This document shows positions 18,782 to 29,962 of a stretch of 64,000 nt of DNA, piece by piece. The translations under genes were made by a program, and so were the position numbers. The notes under the pieces were generated by a model that saw only the letters and a program-made list of their open reading frames with translations, was not told where the DNA came from and ran no database searches. The DNA is from an uncultured Rhabdochlamydiaceae bacterium (lineage in GTDB: Bacteria > Chlamydiota > Chlamydiia > Chlamydiales > Rhabdochlamydiaceae). How positions within the stretch are numbered: position 1 is the stretch's first letter; every line of letters begins with the position of its first letter. Location: assembly GCA_963712275.1 (NCBI GenBank), contig CAVQHD010000001.1, positions 256,001 to 320,000 on the forward strand, in the 5' to 3' direction.

Positions 18782-21700
18782 ATGCGTTTATCTCGAATGA
18801 AAATCTTTTTTTTACGATCTCTTCTAGGGATTGTGCTTTTCCACGGCTCGCTCCTAGCGGAAGAGGACGATGATCTCGTCTCTTTTCGTAAAGGAGTAAA
18901 GGAGGTGCACCTTTTTCCCTCAACGGAAGAGATGCACAATACACCAAGCCTGAGTAGTCTCGATAAGAAGAAAGAATCGTACACGATCAACTTCAACAAT
19001 GTCGCTATCACTGAATATATTCGGTTCGCAAGCAAAATTACAAATTTGAACTTCATTTTTAATGAGGCTGAGGTCAACTTTAACGTCACAATTGTCTCCG
19101 AAGAACCTGTCACTCCTCGTAATATTATCTCGATTTTGATCCAGGTGCTTCGAATCAATGGTTTGATTGTGCTCGAACAGGAGAATAACCTTCTCATTAC
19201 GCGCGTTCGAAATGTCTCCCAGCTTGCCACCGTTGTCGCCTCCGACCTCCCTCCTCAAAGTAGCCGCTCTCCTTTGGTGACTCGAGTTTTTCGCATTAAA
19301 AACGCAAACCTCGATACAGTTGCAACTGTTGTTAAACCAATGCTCTCCGACACTGCCCTTCTGGAAGTCTCTTCTGAAACAAAACAGCTGATCATCACCG
19401 ATATCACCACCAATGTTGATAAAATTTCTTCCCTGCTTGCAGCCCTAGACTCTCCCCACAGCTCCCTTGAAGTCGATGCCTACGTCGCCGAGCATATTGA
19501 ACTTCAAGAGCTCATTCGGCTAACAACTCAAATTGTCTCCCCTTTTTCCGAAGGAAACCCCTTAATCTTTGTTCCACAAGCGAGCACGAGCACAATTTTT
19601 ATTGTCTCCACCCCCTACTTGATTGAACGGGCTTTAACGGTATTTGAAGACCTCGATGCAGGGGTTTCAGAGCGAAAAGAGTTCGGAGCGCGAGGACTCA
19701 CGGTTTTCTTGTATGCGCTGCAGCATAAGAGCGGAAGTGATTTTTTAAACTCTATAGAAGATCTTGGCAAACAGCTCTCTAAGCAAGGGGCATCTCAAAA
19801 ACTGACCGACTGTCTAACAGGAGCAAAGTGGATTAAGGAGACTAACTCAATTCTGTTTTTAGCCGATGATGAAACACTTGTAAAATTAAAAGACCTTCTT
19901 CCAACACTTGACACCTCAGCGCCTCCCTCTTCTCTTCCTTCTCTAAAAAGCAACTTTTTTGTCTATAAAATCCAACTTGCAGATCCCGAGCAGCTCCAAA
20001 ACAGCTTGGACGAGATGGCTGAAGACCTTCAAAAGGCTCCTCAGCCCGACTACAGCTTAATCGACACGCTCACCACCACTAAGTTTATCCCTGAAGCACA
20101 CTCTCTTGTTTTCACAGGAGAAGAGGCCGCTCTTTCTAAACTGCCTAGCATTCTTGCCGTGTTTGACATCGCTTCCTCTGCTTCTCAGTTTTTAATCTTC
20201 AATCCCAAAAACAGGCCTGGGAAAGAACTAAAAGAAGCTTTGGAAGAAATCGTCCATAACCTGAAATCCGCAGGCTATGCAAATTCGACAATGTCGCAGG
20301 CCATCGATACAATGAAATGGACACCGGCGACAAATTCCCTCATTTTTACGGGAGATAATGAAACACTCGCTCGCATTCAAACTTTGCTGACATCCCTTGA
20401 CGAGTCAAAAGAGACTTTTGCTGGAGGGAAGGGCCCTAGCACATTCTATGTTTACCAACTGCAGATGGCGCCTGGAAATGTCGTGATTGAAAATCTTGAG
20501 AGGATTGCGTCCAGTTTAAAAGCTTCTCACATCGCCAATCCTGGCTTAATTAAGACTCTCAATGAGGCAAAATGGATCAAAGAGAACAACTCAATTTTCT
20601 TAACAGGAGCTGGCGCTGACCTGGATCAAGCAAAAGCGTTAATCGCAGAGTTTGATGTGCTGGCGTCTACCCATGGATTTGGTAATAAAACTGCGTTTTT
20701 CATTTATAAACCTATCCATCAAACGCCTCTCCTCTTAGAAGCATCGCTGCAAGATCTCGGGAAAGACCTTGCTGCATCGGGCCTCATGGATAACGACCTC
20801 CTGATGACCATTGACACAATGCGGTATGTCGAATCGACGCAATCGATTTTGTTCACAGGAACCAATGATTCCCTTGAAAAAATGAAAGAGCTGCTAACGA
20901 AAATCGATGTTATCTCACCTACAGAAGCTCAAATTCAGCAGCTGGGGCAATATACCTTCCTCATCTACAAGATCCAATATGTTCCCGCACCTCAGCTAGT
21001 CTTAGCCATCAAAGGATTGACCACCGATCTTGGGCGCAATAACGCCATGACTCCCAGCGAAATTGAATCGATCAACAATCTGAAGTGGATCAAGGAGACA
21101 AACTCCCTCGTCTTTACAGGATCAGCTGAGACTCTTCAAAAAGTTGAACTCCTTGTTAAAAAATTTGACGTCCCAGCCCTTGCTCCTAAAACGACAGGCG
21201 CCGCCCCCTCAAGTTTTGTGGTTTACACTCCCAAGATGCAGCCTGGCGATGAGCTCATTAAAATTTTAGACGAATTCCAACAAAACTTAATGGCCGCAGG
21301 CGTCGAAAATAAAAATCTTTTTGACACCATCTCCAGTTTAAAATGGGTTCCCCGCACCTGCTCTTTGATCATTTCTGGAGATCCCGATTCCATTGCCCGT
21401 GTCGAAGATCTCTTAAGACGGTTTGACGTCGCAACCGCCGGAGGCCCTTCTGATCAAACATCGATTGATACGATTCAGAACACCTCCTTTCTCATCTACA
21501 AACTCCAGTACCATCAAGGCAATGAGATTTTGTCTGCGCTTAAACAAGTCGCAACAGACCTCACCCCAGGAACAGCCGTTGGCAATCAAAATCTTTTAAA
21601 TGCCATCAATTCTTTGCAATGGATCCGCGTGACCAACTCGCTCCTTGCTTCAGGCGAAGCAGACACACTCTCAAAGTTGCGCGATTTAGTTCAGAACTTA

Positions 21701-22705
21701 GATGTTCCTCTAAGGCAAGTTTTTGTTGAGGTTCTCGTCATTGAAACCGAGCTTACCAATACCCAAAACTTTGGACTACAGTGGGGCGGTAAAATGCAAT
21801 ACCTCAACAAGTTCGCCGCCGGAACTGGAAACTTCCCCCTTCCCTCAGCAAACTCCTTTGCAACCACCTCCCCTTCGCCCGTCTCGACAGGGGTTAATCT
21901 CGTCCCTTTCCAGCAAGGGCTTGCTGGCCCTCCACCCTCCGTCAATGCGATTCCCTTTGTCAACGGGTTTGATTTGGGAGTGATCGGTGATATTATCATG
22001 CATAAAGGACGCTCCTTTATCACGCTTGGAAGCCTTGTCAATGCCCTTCAAACCGACACCGATAGCACTATCATTCTAAACCCAAAGATTATCACGCAAG
22101 ACAACCAAACAACGACCATCTTTGTTGGAGATAACATCCCCTTCATCGGCTCTCTTGTCACAACAAACACAACCCTCCTCTCTTCCTCCTCTAACATCGA
22201 GTACCGCGATATCGGCTTTAACCTCACCATCACCCCAACCATCGGCAATAATGATGTTGTCACGCTTGATATCAGCAACGATATCAGCGAAGTGACTAAT
22301 AACGTCAATATCGGATCTGTCAGCGCCAATAATCAATCCAATTCAATCACAGGAATTCAAACAAGCCATACATCCATGTCGACGAAAGTCCACGTCCCCA
22401 ATAAACACTTTGTAGTGTTAAGTGGAATGATCCGAGACACCAAAGCCCGCTTCAAGTCAGCGATCCCTTGCTTAGGGGGCATCCCCGTCCTTGGACTTGC
22501 CTTTCAAGAAAATGATCGCGTAGCAGTCAAACATAATATTTTGATTTTCCTCCGTCCTTTCATCATCAACACCTATGATGAATATAAGGAGATCACTGAC
22601 CACCAAGAAGACGTCTTTAAAAATCAAGCCGTCCTACCTGTTCTCAAAGAGGAATTTGACGCCGGTATCGATATCGTTAAAATGCCTGAAGACGAAGGCG
22701 ATTGA
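18782..22705 (+). CDS. cdsC: T3SS outer-membrane secretin CdsC/SctC with expanded periplasmic repeats
   Basis: Signal peptide, YTINFNNV N0 domain, LDVPLRQVFVEVLVIE, IPCLGGIPVLG secretin core. Confidence 0.93.
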   Translation: MRLSRMKIFFLRSLLGIVLFHGSLLAEEDDDLVSFRKGVKEVHLFPSTEEMHNTPSLSSLDKKKESYTINFNNVAITEYIRFASKITNLNFIFNEAEVNFNVTIVSEEPVTPRNIISILIQVLRINGLIVLEQENNLLITRVRNVSQLATVVASDLPPQSSRSPLVTRVFRIKNANLDTVATVVKPMLSDTALLEVSSETKQLIITDITTNVDKISSLLAALDSPHSSLEVDAYVAEHIELQELIRLTTQIVSPFSEGNPLIFVPQASTSTIFIVSTPYLIERALTVFEDLDAGVSERKEFGARGLTVFLYALQHKSGSDFLNSIEDLGKQLSKQGASQKLTDCLTGAKWIKETNSILFLADDETLVKLKDLLPTLDTSAPPSSLPSLKSNFFVYKIQLADPEQLQNSLDEMAEDLQKAPQPDYSLIDTLTTTKFIPEAHSLVFTGEEAALSKLPSILAVFDIASSASQFLIFNPKNRPGKELKEALEEIVHNLKSAGYANSTMSQAIDTMKWTPATNSLIFTGDNETLARIQTLLTSLDESKETFAGGKGPSTFYVYQLQMAPGNVVIENLERIASSLKASHIANPGLIKTLNEAKWIKENNSIFLTGAGADLDQAKALIAEFDVLASTHGFGNKTAFFIYKPIHQTPLLLEASLQDLGKDLAASGLMDNDLLMTIDTMRYVESTQSILFTGTNDSLEKMKELLTKIDVISPTEAQIQQLGQYTFLIYKIQYVPAPQLVLAIKGLTTDLGRNNAMTPSEIESINNLKWIKETNSLVFTGSAETLQKVELLVKKFDVPALAPKTTGAAPSSFVVYTPKMQPGDELIKILDEFQQNLMAAGVENKNLFDTISSLKWVPRTCSLIISGDPDSIARVEDLLRRFDVATAGGPSDQTSIDTIQNTSFLIYKLQYHQGNEILSALKQVATDLTPGTAVGNQNLLNAINSLQWIRVTNSLLASGEADTLSKLRDLVQNLDVPLRQVFVEVLVIETELTNTQNFGLQWGGKMQYLNKFAAGTGNFPLPSANSFATTSPSPVSTGVNLVPFQQGLAGPPPSVNAIPFVNGFDLGVIGDIIMHKGRSFITLGSLVNALQTDTDSTIILNPKIITQDNQTTTIFVGDNIPFIGSLVTTNTTLLSSSSNIEYRDIGFNLTITPTIGNNDVVTLDISNDISEVTNNVNIGSVSANNQSNSITGIQTSHTSMSTKVHVPNKHFVVLSGMIRDTKARFKSAIPCLGGIPVLGLAFQENDRVAVKHNILIFLRPFIINTYDEYKEITDHQEDVFKNQAVLPVLKEEFDAGIDIVKMPEDEGD

Positions 22706-22740
22706 GATTAGGTGCCTGATTTGTTATACTCCCGCTTCTT

Positions 22741-23679
22741 ATGCCTTTTCAAAAGACCATTCTTTTTATGCTCATCCTTCTCACGGGATGTCACCGTGTA
22801 GGCGATGAGCTACACCCCCAAATCAATGCAACGATTCAAGACCGGTATTTAAAGTCGCTGCCCTCGCCATTCCCTCCTCTTTCAGAGAAAGAAAAGCAAG
22901 AGGCTTGGAGCGTCGAAGATCGGATTGCCCTTGGCTTTGCCCATGAACTCGATCTTTATCAAGCTATTACTTCTTTTAAAAGAGCCTCGTTTTTGATCCC
23001 TTCTTCCGATCCATCCCGTAAAACACAACTTGATTATGATGTTTTCCTCTCCTATTACCTCGGAGGAAAATTTGCTGAAACCCTCCACACCTTTGAAACC
23101 ACCTCCCTCCGCTTGGCAACGCCTCAGCTGCCTCCCTATCACGACCTTTTAGTCATGCTCTACGACTCCTATCTCCATCTAGATCAACTAGAGCAGGCCG
23201 ATTCCATCATCTATCACATGGCCTCTCAGTACCCAGAGACAGCCCAAAAACTCACTCTCTCTAAGCTCCTTGTCAAAGGAGATATTCCCGCGTTAGAAAA
23301 AGAGGGTGCGGCCCATCCAGAAATCGAAACTCTCCTCACCCGCTACAAACAAGAAAAAAAATCAACCCAAACAGCTCAAACCTTAAATGCCTGCATTCCA
23401 GGTGCAGGGTATCTTTACCTGGGCCAAAATCAGTCGGCAATTACCGCTTTTCTCCTCAACGGCCTTTTCATTTGGGCCTCGGTCTATTTCTTTCAGCACG
23501 GCAACACCGCTGCAGGGGTGATTTTCACAAGCGTTGAAGCAGGCTGGTATTTCGGAGGGATCTATGGAGCAGGGCAAGAAACTAAGTTTTACAATGAGAG
23601 AATTTATGAGAATCACGTCACCTCTCTGATGAACGAACACCGTTATTTTCCCATCCTGGTGTTGAAATATGGGTTTTAA
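22741..23679 (+). CDS. Chlamydial TPR-like lipoprotein with C-terminal membrane segments
   Basis: Lipobox LLTGC, YQAITSFKRA, IPGAGYLYLGQ motif. Confidence 0.75.
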   Translation: MPFQKTILFMLILLTGCHRVGDELHPQINATIQDRYLKSLPSPFPPLSEKEKQEAWSVEDRIALGFAHELDLYQAITSFKRASFLIPSSDPSRKTQLDYDVFLSYYLGGKFAETLHTFETTSLRLATPQLPPYHDLLVMLYDSYLHLDQLEQADSIIYHMASQYPETAQKLTLSKLLVKGDIPALEKEGAAHPEIETLLTRYKQEKKSTQTAQTLNACIPGAGYLYLGQNQSAITAFLLNGLFIWASVYFFQHGNTAAGVIFTSVEAGWYFGGIYGAGQETKFYNERIYENHVTSLMNEHRYFPILVLKYGF

Positions 23680-24043
23680 GCTCCTCCTTCTCCTCCCGAT
23701 CCTTGTATCTGCTCTACCCGGATACCACCCTCCCTGGGGCAAAGATGCAGACCTTCAGCTCCACGCGCCGCCACCTCCCCAACCCATCCATTTATCCCCT
23801 CTGGGCGAAGCGATGGCAAAGGTGATTTGGTTTCATCAACATATCCTCTCCCCTGTCGATGGCCCCCGAAGCCATTACAAGCCTTCAAGCTCAAGCTATA
23901 TGCTCCAAGCTATCCAAAAACATGGGTTTTTTAAAGGGTATCTCATGGGGTGTGATCGGCTCCTCCGAGAAAACGACGACCCTTGGGTCTACCGAACCAC
24001 TCTCATTGAGGGGAAGCTTTGGAAAACCGATCCTCCGCCCTAG
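23669..24043 (+). CDS. yidD: Membrane protein insertion efficiency factor YidD-like
   Basis: LSPVDGPRSHYKPSSSSYM...HGFFKGYLMGCDRLLR. Confidence 0.75.
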   Translation: MGFKLLLLLPILVSALPGYHPPWGKDADLQLHAPPPPQPIHLSPLGEAMAKVIWFHQHILSPVDGPRSHYKPSSSSYMLQAIQKHGFFKGYLMGCDRLLRENDDPWVYRTTLIEGKLWKTDPPP

Positions 24044-24670
24044 GGGAGCGTACCTAATTACGAGTTGCTTTATTGGAGTATTTTTTCTTCTCGAAGTGCT
24101 CATCTTGAGATTTTTTTGCAGCTATAACGCGACTTAGCCTGTCGCACCTGGAATTGCTGCTAAATTACTTTTTACCATCCAAATAATGGATATTTTGGTA
24201 TAATATTCGCTCAATATGAATAAGATATTGCCAACCTTCTCAGTGCCAGGAGCCGTTTATGCAACGATATCGGCTCTTCAGAAGACCAAATTTGAATGGA
24301 TTTCTTGCACTTATGAGATTTTTCAAGCCTATATCATACACAACATACAACCCCCAAATCGGTGGCTTATCGAACAAATCCACCGAGTCCAGGCAATTTT
24401 TAATGTTGTTGACGTAGGGATGATTTGTTGGAGTGGTGCGAAACTCCTTCAAGAAGTTAAAAAGATCTATGGATTTTCCTTTGTTAATCCGCTCGATACA
24501 TCTCAGCTCTTGAGTTATCGCCTCTTGAGCCTAGGCATTCCTGCTATCGGCCTTCCTTTAGCTATCAAAATGCTCTCTACCTTAAATTATCCAATGTCGC
24601 CCTTATATAAGACTAGTAACGATTATCCATTTAATCAAAAGCTTTCGATGCTTTTGTGTACGGCCCGACT

Positions 24671-25985
24671 CAGGGCCTTCTGATGAAAAAGTTTTGACAG
24701 TCGCGTAAAATTTTCTTGGCTATAAATCAAAGTCTTTTGTTTTCATCTCTCCGATATAGGAGAGTGAATATGCCCAGTCGAAAAACCAGAGACCCACGAT
24801 TTTCTGAACTAAAACAAGACATTGATATAGAACAATTTGCAGGCTCCGTCCAAGGAGCTTTCCCAGATACGGATGACCCAAGGCAGCTTTCCAAGATCCA
24901 ATACCCGTTTTGGTTTTTGATGTTGGTCATTCTTAGCGGATATCTCAGTGGAGCTGATACTGTGGCCGATCTTGCCGTCTATGCCGAGCTCAATATTGAA
25001 TGGATCAACAAGTCAGTCAATCGGACTTTCCCAGCGCCCTCCTATGATACACTCTGGTGGCTTCTTGCAAGGTTATCCCCAGGGGTTTTTAAGCAATTGC
25101 TAAAAAAGTGGTTTGCGAACATTCCTCAGCAATTACAAGACCAACTACTTGTCATCGACGGCAAACGTCTGAAGGGGGTCTCTACGACAGACAGTCTCGT
25201 TCACCTTGTCGAGTTATTTGCAGCCGAACAAAGGCTTGTACTGGCCCAGGAAAAAGTGCCAGATAAGTCGTCAGAGCCAAGAGTAATTGATGCTTTGTTG
25301 AAAGACGTAGATGTAAATGGCGCCCTGATCTCGACAGATGCCCTTTTTGCTCATGTTGCAAGTGCACAAAAGTTTTTAAATCATGGAGCTGATTATCTGA
25401 TTGGACTCAAGGGAAACCAGGGGAATTTCCATGCTGAAGCACAGAATTTTTTCGATCAGGCTCGAGAAGCCGAATATGAAGAAGTCGAAGTGGAAAGGTA
25501 TCTTCCTTCTCCAGAAAAAGGTCACGGTAGAATCGAACAACGATCGATATGCGTATGTACAGTATTGGACTGGTTGCCGCAAACGGCAACCTGGCCTGCC
25601 TTAAAGGCCATCGTTGAAGTAGTCTCTGAAAGGGAGATAAATAGTAAAAAGACTTCCGAAATCCGATATTACTTCTCAAGCCGAAAAGGCACCGCAAAGG
25701 AATTTGCAGGATGGACCCGAGGTCATTGGTCAATTGAAAATCCTTTGCATTGGGTCTTGGATGTAATCTTCAAGGAAGACGATGCTCAAGCAAAAGCTGG
25801 GTTCATAGCTGAAAACATGGCTTTTTTTAGGCGTCTTTCTATGAATATAATCAAAGCAATAGACCCCGACCGAGGATTCTCTACTGCTCGAAAATGTTGC
25901 ACTTATGAGCCGAAATATCTCAGAGGAATTTTAGGCAAGATATTTGTGAGGTAATCTGTCAAAACTTTTTCATCAGAAGGCCCTG
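24671..25985 (+). mobile_element. ISAs1-family insertion sequence, 1315 bp, copy 1
   Basis: 30-bp perfect TIR CAGGGCCTTCTGATGAAAAAGTTTTGACAG; 10-bp target duplication CGGCCCGACT. Confidence 0.96.
24770..25954 (+). CDS. ISAs1-family transposase
   Basis: DPR, PSYDT, IDGK, DAL, LKGNQ, HGRIE, HWSIENPLHWVLDV; ATG follows AGGAGAG. Confidence 0.95.
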   Translation: MPSRKTRDPRFSELKQDIDIEQFAGSVQGAFPDTDDPRQLSKIQYPFWFLMLVILSGYLSGADTVADLAVYAELNIEWINKSVNRTFPAPSYDTLWWLLARLSPGVFKQLLKKWFANIPQQLQDQLLVIDGKRLKGVSTTDSLVHLVELFAAEQRLVLAQEKVPDKSSEPRVIDALLKDVDVNGALISTDALFAHVASAQKFLNHGADYLIGLKGNQGNFHAEAQNFFDQAREAEYEEVEVERYLPSPEKGHGRIEQRSICVCTVLDWLPQTATWPALKAIVEVVSEREINSKKTSEIRYYFSSRKGTAKEFAGWTRGHWSIENPLHWVLDVIFKEDDAQAKAGFIAENMAFFRRLSMNIIKAIDPDRGFSTARKCCTYEPKYLRGILGKIFVR

Positions 25986-27116
25986 CGGCCCGACTGACTT
26001 TGAATACAGCTTTATATTATTTCTCAGGCAATCCAATTTTAGACAGTTCACTTGTATGTTTAACAGCCATTGCACAAAATTATATATTGCATCAACACAG
26101 AAACAGAGTATGGACAAGAGTTTCCATGCTTTTTCGTGATTCACATAAAAGCGATCTTGCTAAAACGGGCATAGTCAGTTATGTTGTAGACTATTACTCC
26201 TTGCTGTGGCCGTCCACTTCTCATAAAAACAGTTGCTCAATATGTCTAGAACGAAATGATAAACCTAAAACTTCTCTTTGTCTAAACAATACACATGCTC
26301 TTCATTCCTCTTGCTTAATTGATTTAATTGAGAGGAAAATTCACGATATGAAGGTCAATTTTAAGAAACGTTCTGGTCTACATACTGCCAAAATAAATCA
26401 TGATCAATTACCTTCTTGCCCTCTCTGTCGAGAGGTTCCTTTTCATCACTATCTTGAAGTTCGTGGAGCCGATTTTTATCAAGGAACATTCTTCAAGATT
26501 CCTATCACGATCCTTGGAAGAGATCCAAAGCCTTTTCTCTCCCCTGAGCTTTTAGAAAAAATTCACGCAGCTTATAGCCTATTTCAACTAGGGCTCTCTT
26601 GTCTGCAGCATTACCCTGAGCTCTATCCCACAGTAGGAGCTAACATCGCCCGTTTAAAACTGATTTTGTGTCTGGTCGATTTAACTGCAATCGGTTGGAG
26701 CTTTGGAAAAGTTACCAATAAACCGGTTGGAAATTCAAGATGGAGAGATCTATTTTGGGGATTTTTTAACACAACTGTTTCATTAGGATGTGTTCTATGT
26801 CTTAATCAGTACCTCAAACCTTCGATCGACCTAAACCTCTCTATTTCTCCAAAATACCAAGATTGGAAGGTCGAGGCTTCTTGGTTTTCCCCAACAATTT
26901 TTAGTCAGGTCTTTTCCCTTCAGCAGACTGTCATAAGCCTTGCCTCTGCTTATTTTCTTTCAAATCGCAAAGTACATTTAATCACAGCGCTTTTCCAAGC
27001 AGCCCACTTGTTTAATCTCTCAAGCTCAAATGGATAGTAACTATTCTACAAAACAAAAACGGTGATAAAGTTTTTCAATATTATCTCTTTCTTCAGAAAA
27101 AACTTATACCCTTATT

Positions 27117-28472
27117 CTAAGCCTGTGGCTCTTCCTCTCGTATGCCTCCCCCCGTCCCTGCACGGGAGCGGTGCCGCAGGATGAAGACGAGGGGATTGCC
27201 AGTGAAGTGGTAAGTCTCCCGAAACTGATGAATGAGGTACCGTTTGTAGGTCTCTAACATAAGGTGGGGGTAGTTCACAAACAAGACAAAGGTGGGGGGC
27301 TGGGTCTCAATATGGGTCATGTAATAGATTCGAAGCCGCTTCCCCTGGATCATCGGAGGATGGTAGAGCTTAATCGCCCGTTCAATAAACTTGTTTAACT
27401 GCCCCGTCGTTACCCTGTGCTGTTGGTGTTTTCTAACCTCTTGAATCAGGGGGATAATCTTTTCTAAATTGCGGCCTGTTTGAGCTGAGATGAAAACCAC
27501 AGGACAGTGGGTTAGAAAAGCAGCCTCGTGTTTCAAAGATTGCAGGCAATGCTCCATCCGATGCCCTTTAATAAGATCCCACTTGTTGAAGAGAAGAATG
27601 CACCCTTTCCCCGCCTCTTCAATCAGGCTGGCGATCTTTTTATCTTGCGCTGTCAGCCCTTCCTCTCCTTCCAAGACAAGGAGACAGATATCAGACCGTT
27701 CAATAGCCTGCTGTGTGCGAATCGCTGCAAACTTATCGACGACTTCATGCTCGGCCCGTTTACGACGAATGCCTGCCGTATCAATGAGAGTTAACTCAGT
27801 GCCATAAAGGGTCACATCGGCATCGATGGCATCTCTCGTGGTCCCTGCAATCGGGCTCACCACAGACCTCTCTTCTGAAAGTAAAGTGTTGATCAAAGTC
27901 GACTTGCCCACATTCGGGCGGCCGACAATCGTCACTTTAATCCGTGTGGACGGCAGCGCCTCTTCTGTCTTAAGAGAAAGCCCATCTAGAGCCATTTCTA
28001 AAAGCTCTGCAAGGTGCAGCCCGTGCGTAGCAGAGATGGGAACAATCTTTTCAATCCCGAGCCGATAAAAATCGTAGATATCCTCGACATGCGATAGGTC
28101 ATCGACCTTGTTGACCGCAAGCGTGACCGGCTTGCCTTGCTTGAGCAAGAGCTGAGCCACAAAGTCATCGGCAGGCATAACCCCCGCTTGCCCATCGACA
28201 ACCATGACAATCTGATCGGCCTCCTCCAGCGCAAGCCTCACCTGCCGCTGAATCCCCTCTTGAAAAGGGAGCTTTGGATCAAGGGCAATTCCCCCTGTAT
28301 CAATGATTTCAATCGGGCGGCCAAAAAAATCGGCCTCCCCATAGATCCTATCGCGGGTCGTTCCCTCTTCATCATCGACAATCGAAATGCGGCGCCCGCA
28401 GAGCCGGTTAAAGAGGGCCGATTTCCCTACATTGGGGCGACCGACCAGGGCTAATTTCAATTTATTTTTCAC
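27117..28472 (-). CDS. der: Ribosome biogenesis GTPase Der (EngA)
   Basis: Two GRPNVGKS / GTTRD / DTxG / NKxD domains plus a C-terminal KH-like domain. Confidence 0.98.
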   Translation of the reverse strand: MKNKLKLALVGRPNVGKSALFNRLCGRRISIVDDEEGTTRDRIYGEADFFGRPIEIIDTGGIALDPKLPFQEGIQRQVRLALEEADQIVMVVDGQAGVMPADDFVAQLLLKQGKPVTLAVNKVDDLSHVEDIYDFYRLGIEKIVPISATHGLHLAELLEMALDGLSLKTEEALPSTRIKVTIVGRPNVGKSTLINTLLSEERSVVSPIAGTTRDAIDADVTLYGTELTLIDTAGIRRKRAEHEVVDKFAAIRTQQAIERSDICLLVLEGEEGLTAQDKKIASLIEEAGKGCILLFNKWDLIKGHRMEHCLQSLKHEAAFLTHCPVVFISAQTGRNLEKIIPLIQEVRKHQQHRVTTGQLNKFIERAIKLYHPPMIQGKRLRIYYMTHIETQPPTFVLFVNYPHLMLETYKRYLIHQFRETYHFTGNPLVFILRHRSRAGTGGGIREEEPQA

Positions 28473-28570
28473 ATCCTAGATTTTACCTGGATCCCTGTTA
28501 ATAGGGAATGATTTAAAATAATTTGTTTATATTTAATTTTAATTTAACAAATGTTATAATTGACGCAACT

Positions 28571-29929
28571 ATGATTGCAAATATAGATTTAAACAAAAGA
28601 ACCGATTTTATAATTCAAAGTTTTGGTGCAATTAATCCTCACAAAATTGTGACTTTTGCCCTTCCTTTTTTAAGCTTAAATCGAACGGCCTCCATCGGGG
28701 CATCGATAGGACTTGGAATTTATGAGTGCTCCGTCCACCCTTCCGCACCTCGAGGCCATTGGGTGCAGATTGCTCTAACCGTCTCTTCTGCCGCCCTTTC
28801 CATCTTTTGCCCGACGGGACAGCTGCTCCTTTCTAACACGCTCTTTGTGCTCGCCCATACAAACCACTTTATCGACCATCTCAAGCAAAGAAAGTGGCAA
28901 GAGTGCGGTATCATCTGTTTGAAAATCATGCATCAGGCAGTCTATTTAGCCTCGATTTATTATGGAACGCCTGCTTGGATTGTCCTATCGCTTCTCTCAC
29001 AAGCTTGCACTGAAATACATCAAGCCCTGAAACAAAAACAAGCTTTTGAAATGGCCCCACTCCTTCTTCTGGCATCGATGAGACTGTGGAAAGCCTATTC
29101 TTACCTCCCCAGTCCATCAATGCCACCTCCTCTTACGCCACAGTCGGCTTCTCCAGAGCCCCTCGTTTCACCTTTGCGCCAAAACAACTGCAGCGCCACC
29201 TTTCTAGAAACAAACAGTGAGCCGTCAGCTCCTAAACCACTCACCCAAAGCGACTGGACAACCCTTAACTCGATGTATCCGCAATTCAATACCACCTCCG
29301 CACCTAAACCGATCGATCTTTATGCTCTCCTGACTCAGCACGGATTCTCGACTCTGATTGAGGGAATTGATTTCACCAAAGAGCGGGCTCTTTTAATGGA
29401 TGCTTTATTTCGCAACCTTCAATTCAAGGACTGCACCTTCCTCGGCGTCGATTTCAGCCTGTCTCGGTTCAATCATGTCCAAATGGAGGGGTGCAACCTT
29501 CAGTTTGCGATTTGGAATAGGGCTTCCTTCTGCAACTGCACATTCACCGGCTGTGATTTTTCAGCTTCCAGTTTTTTTAACTCTTTTTTTGAAAACGTCT
29601 CTTTTATTAAGTGTCCTTTTTCCCAAGCTTTTTTCTATGATCCGATTTTCAAACAGATCACGATTGAACTAGAAGAAGAAATAGAGCGAAAAATAGAGCG
29701 GGTGTATGAGATAAACCTTTCTCTTCTCAGTCCAGCTCCCAAGGACGTCGACTTATTTTACTCCGGGCTTACATTGCAGAGTGACAACGTCCTTAAGGCA
29801 AAGTCCTTGGCGAAAAAAATGACTGAAAAATCGCTCCTTGAGCATTTCTGGATCCCTTCAAAGAACTATATTACTTACACAAGCTTGCTTAGAAACACAC
29901 TTCAATTGAGCGGTGCGATTGTTTTATAG
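28571..29929 (+). CDS. Membrane-anchored pentapeptide-repeat protein
   Basis: Hydrophobic N-terminus, Pro-rich linker, F-x4 periodic repeats (LQFKDCTFLGVDFSLSRF...CTFTGCDFSASSFF). Confidence 0.7.
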   Translation: MIANIDLNKRTDFIIQSFGAINPHKIVTFALPFLSLNRTASIGASIGLGIYECSVHPSAPRGHWVQIALTVSSAALSIFCPTGQLLLSNTLFVLAHTNHFIDHLKQRKWQECGIICLKIMHQAVYLASIYYGTPAWIVLSLLSQACTEIHQALKQKQAFEMAPLLLLASMRLWKAYSYLPSPSMPPPLTPQSASPEPLVSPLRQNNCSATFLETNSEPSAPKPLTQSDWTTLNSMYPQFNTTSAPKPIDLYALLTQHGFSTLIEGIDFTKERALLMDALFRNLQFKDCTFLGVDFSLSRFNHVQMEGCNLQFAIWNRASFCNCTFTGCDFSASSFFNSFFENVSFIKCPFSQAFFYDPIFKQITIELEEEIERKIERVYEINLSLLSPAPKDVDLFYSGLTLQSDNVLKAKSLAKKMTEKSLLEHFWIPSKNYITYTSLLRNTLQLSGAIVL

Positions 29930-29962
29930 GCCTTAGAGGCAGTTACAAATTAAAATAAATTT

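Larger units (their letters stand above)
24216..27037 (+). pseudogene. RING-finger-like membrane protein (about 498 aa reconstructed) split by ISAs1
   Basis: Removing the IS and one target copy joins ...LCTARL-TLNTAL... in frame; CSIC-x11-C-x4-H-x2-H-x2-C...CPLC motif. Confidence 0.8.

Noticed and set aside
27010..27120. Possible frameshifted C-terminal extension of the RING-like gene (LKWIVTILQ...LIPLF)
   Set aside because: Cannot be supported without an intact homologue.
29933..29950. TTA-GAGGCAGTTACAAA, resembling a family-A terminus at the cargo boundary
   Set aside because: Short, with no partner end found.
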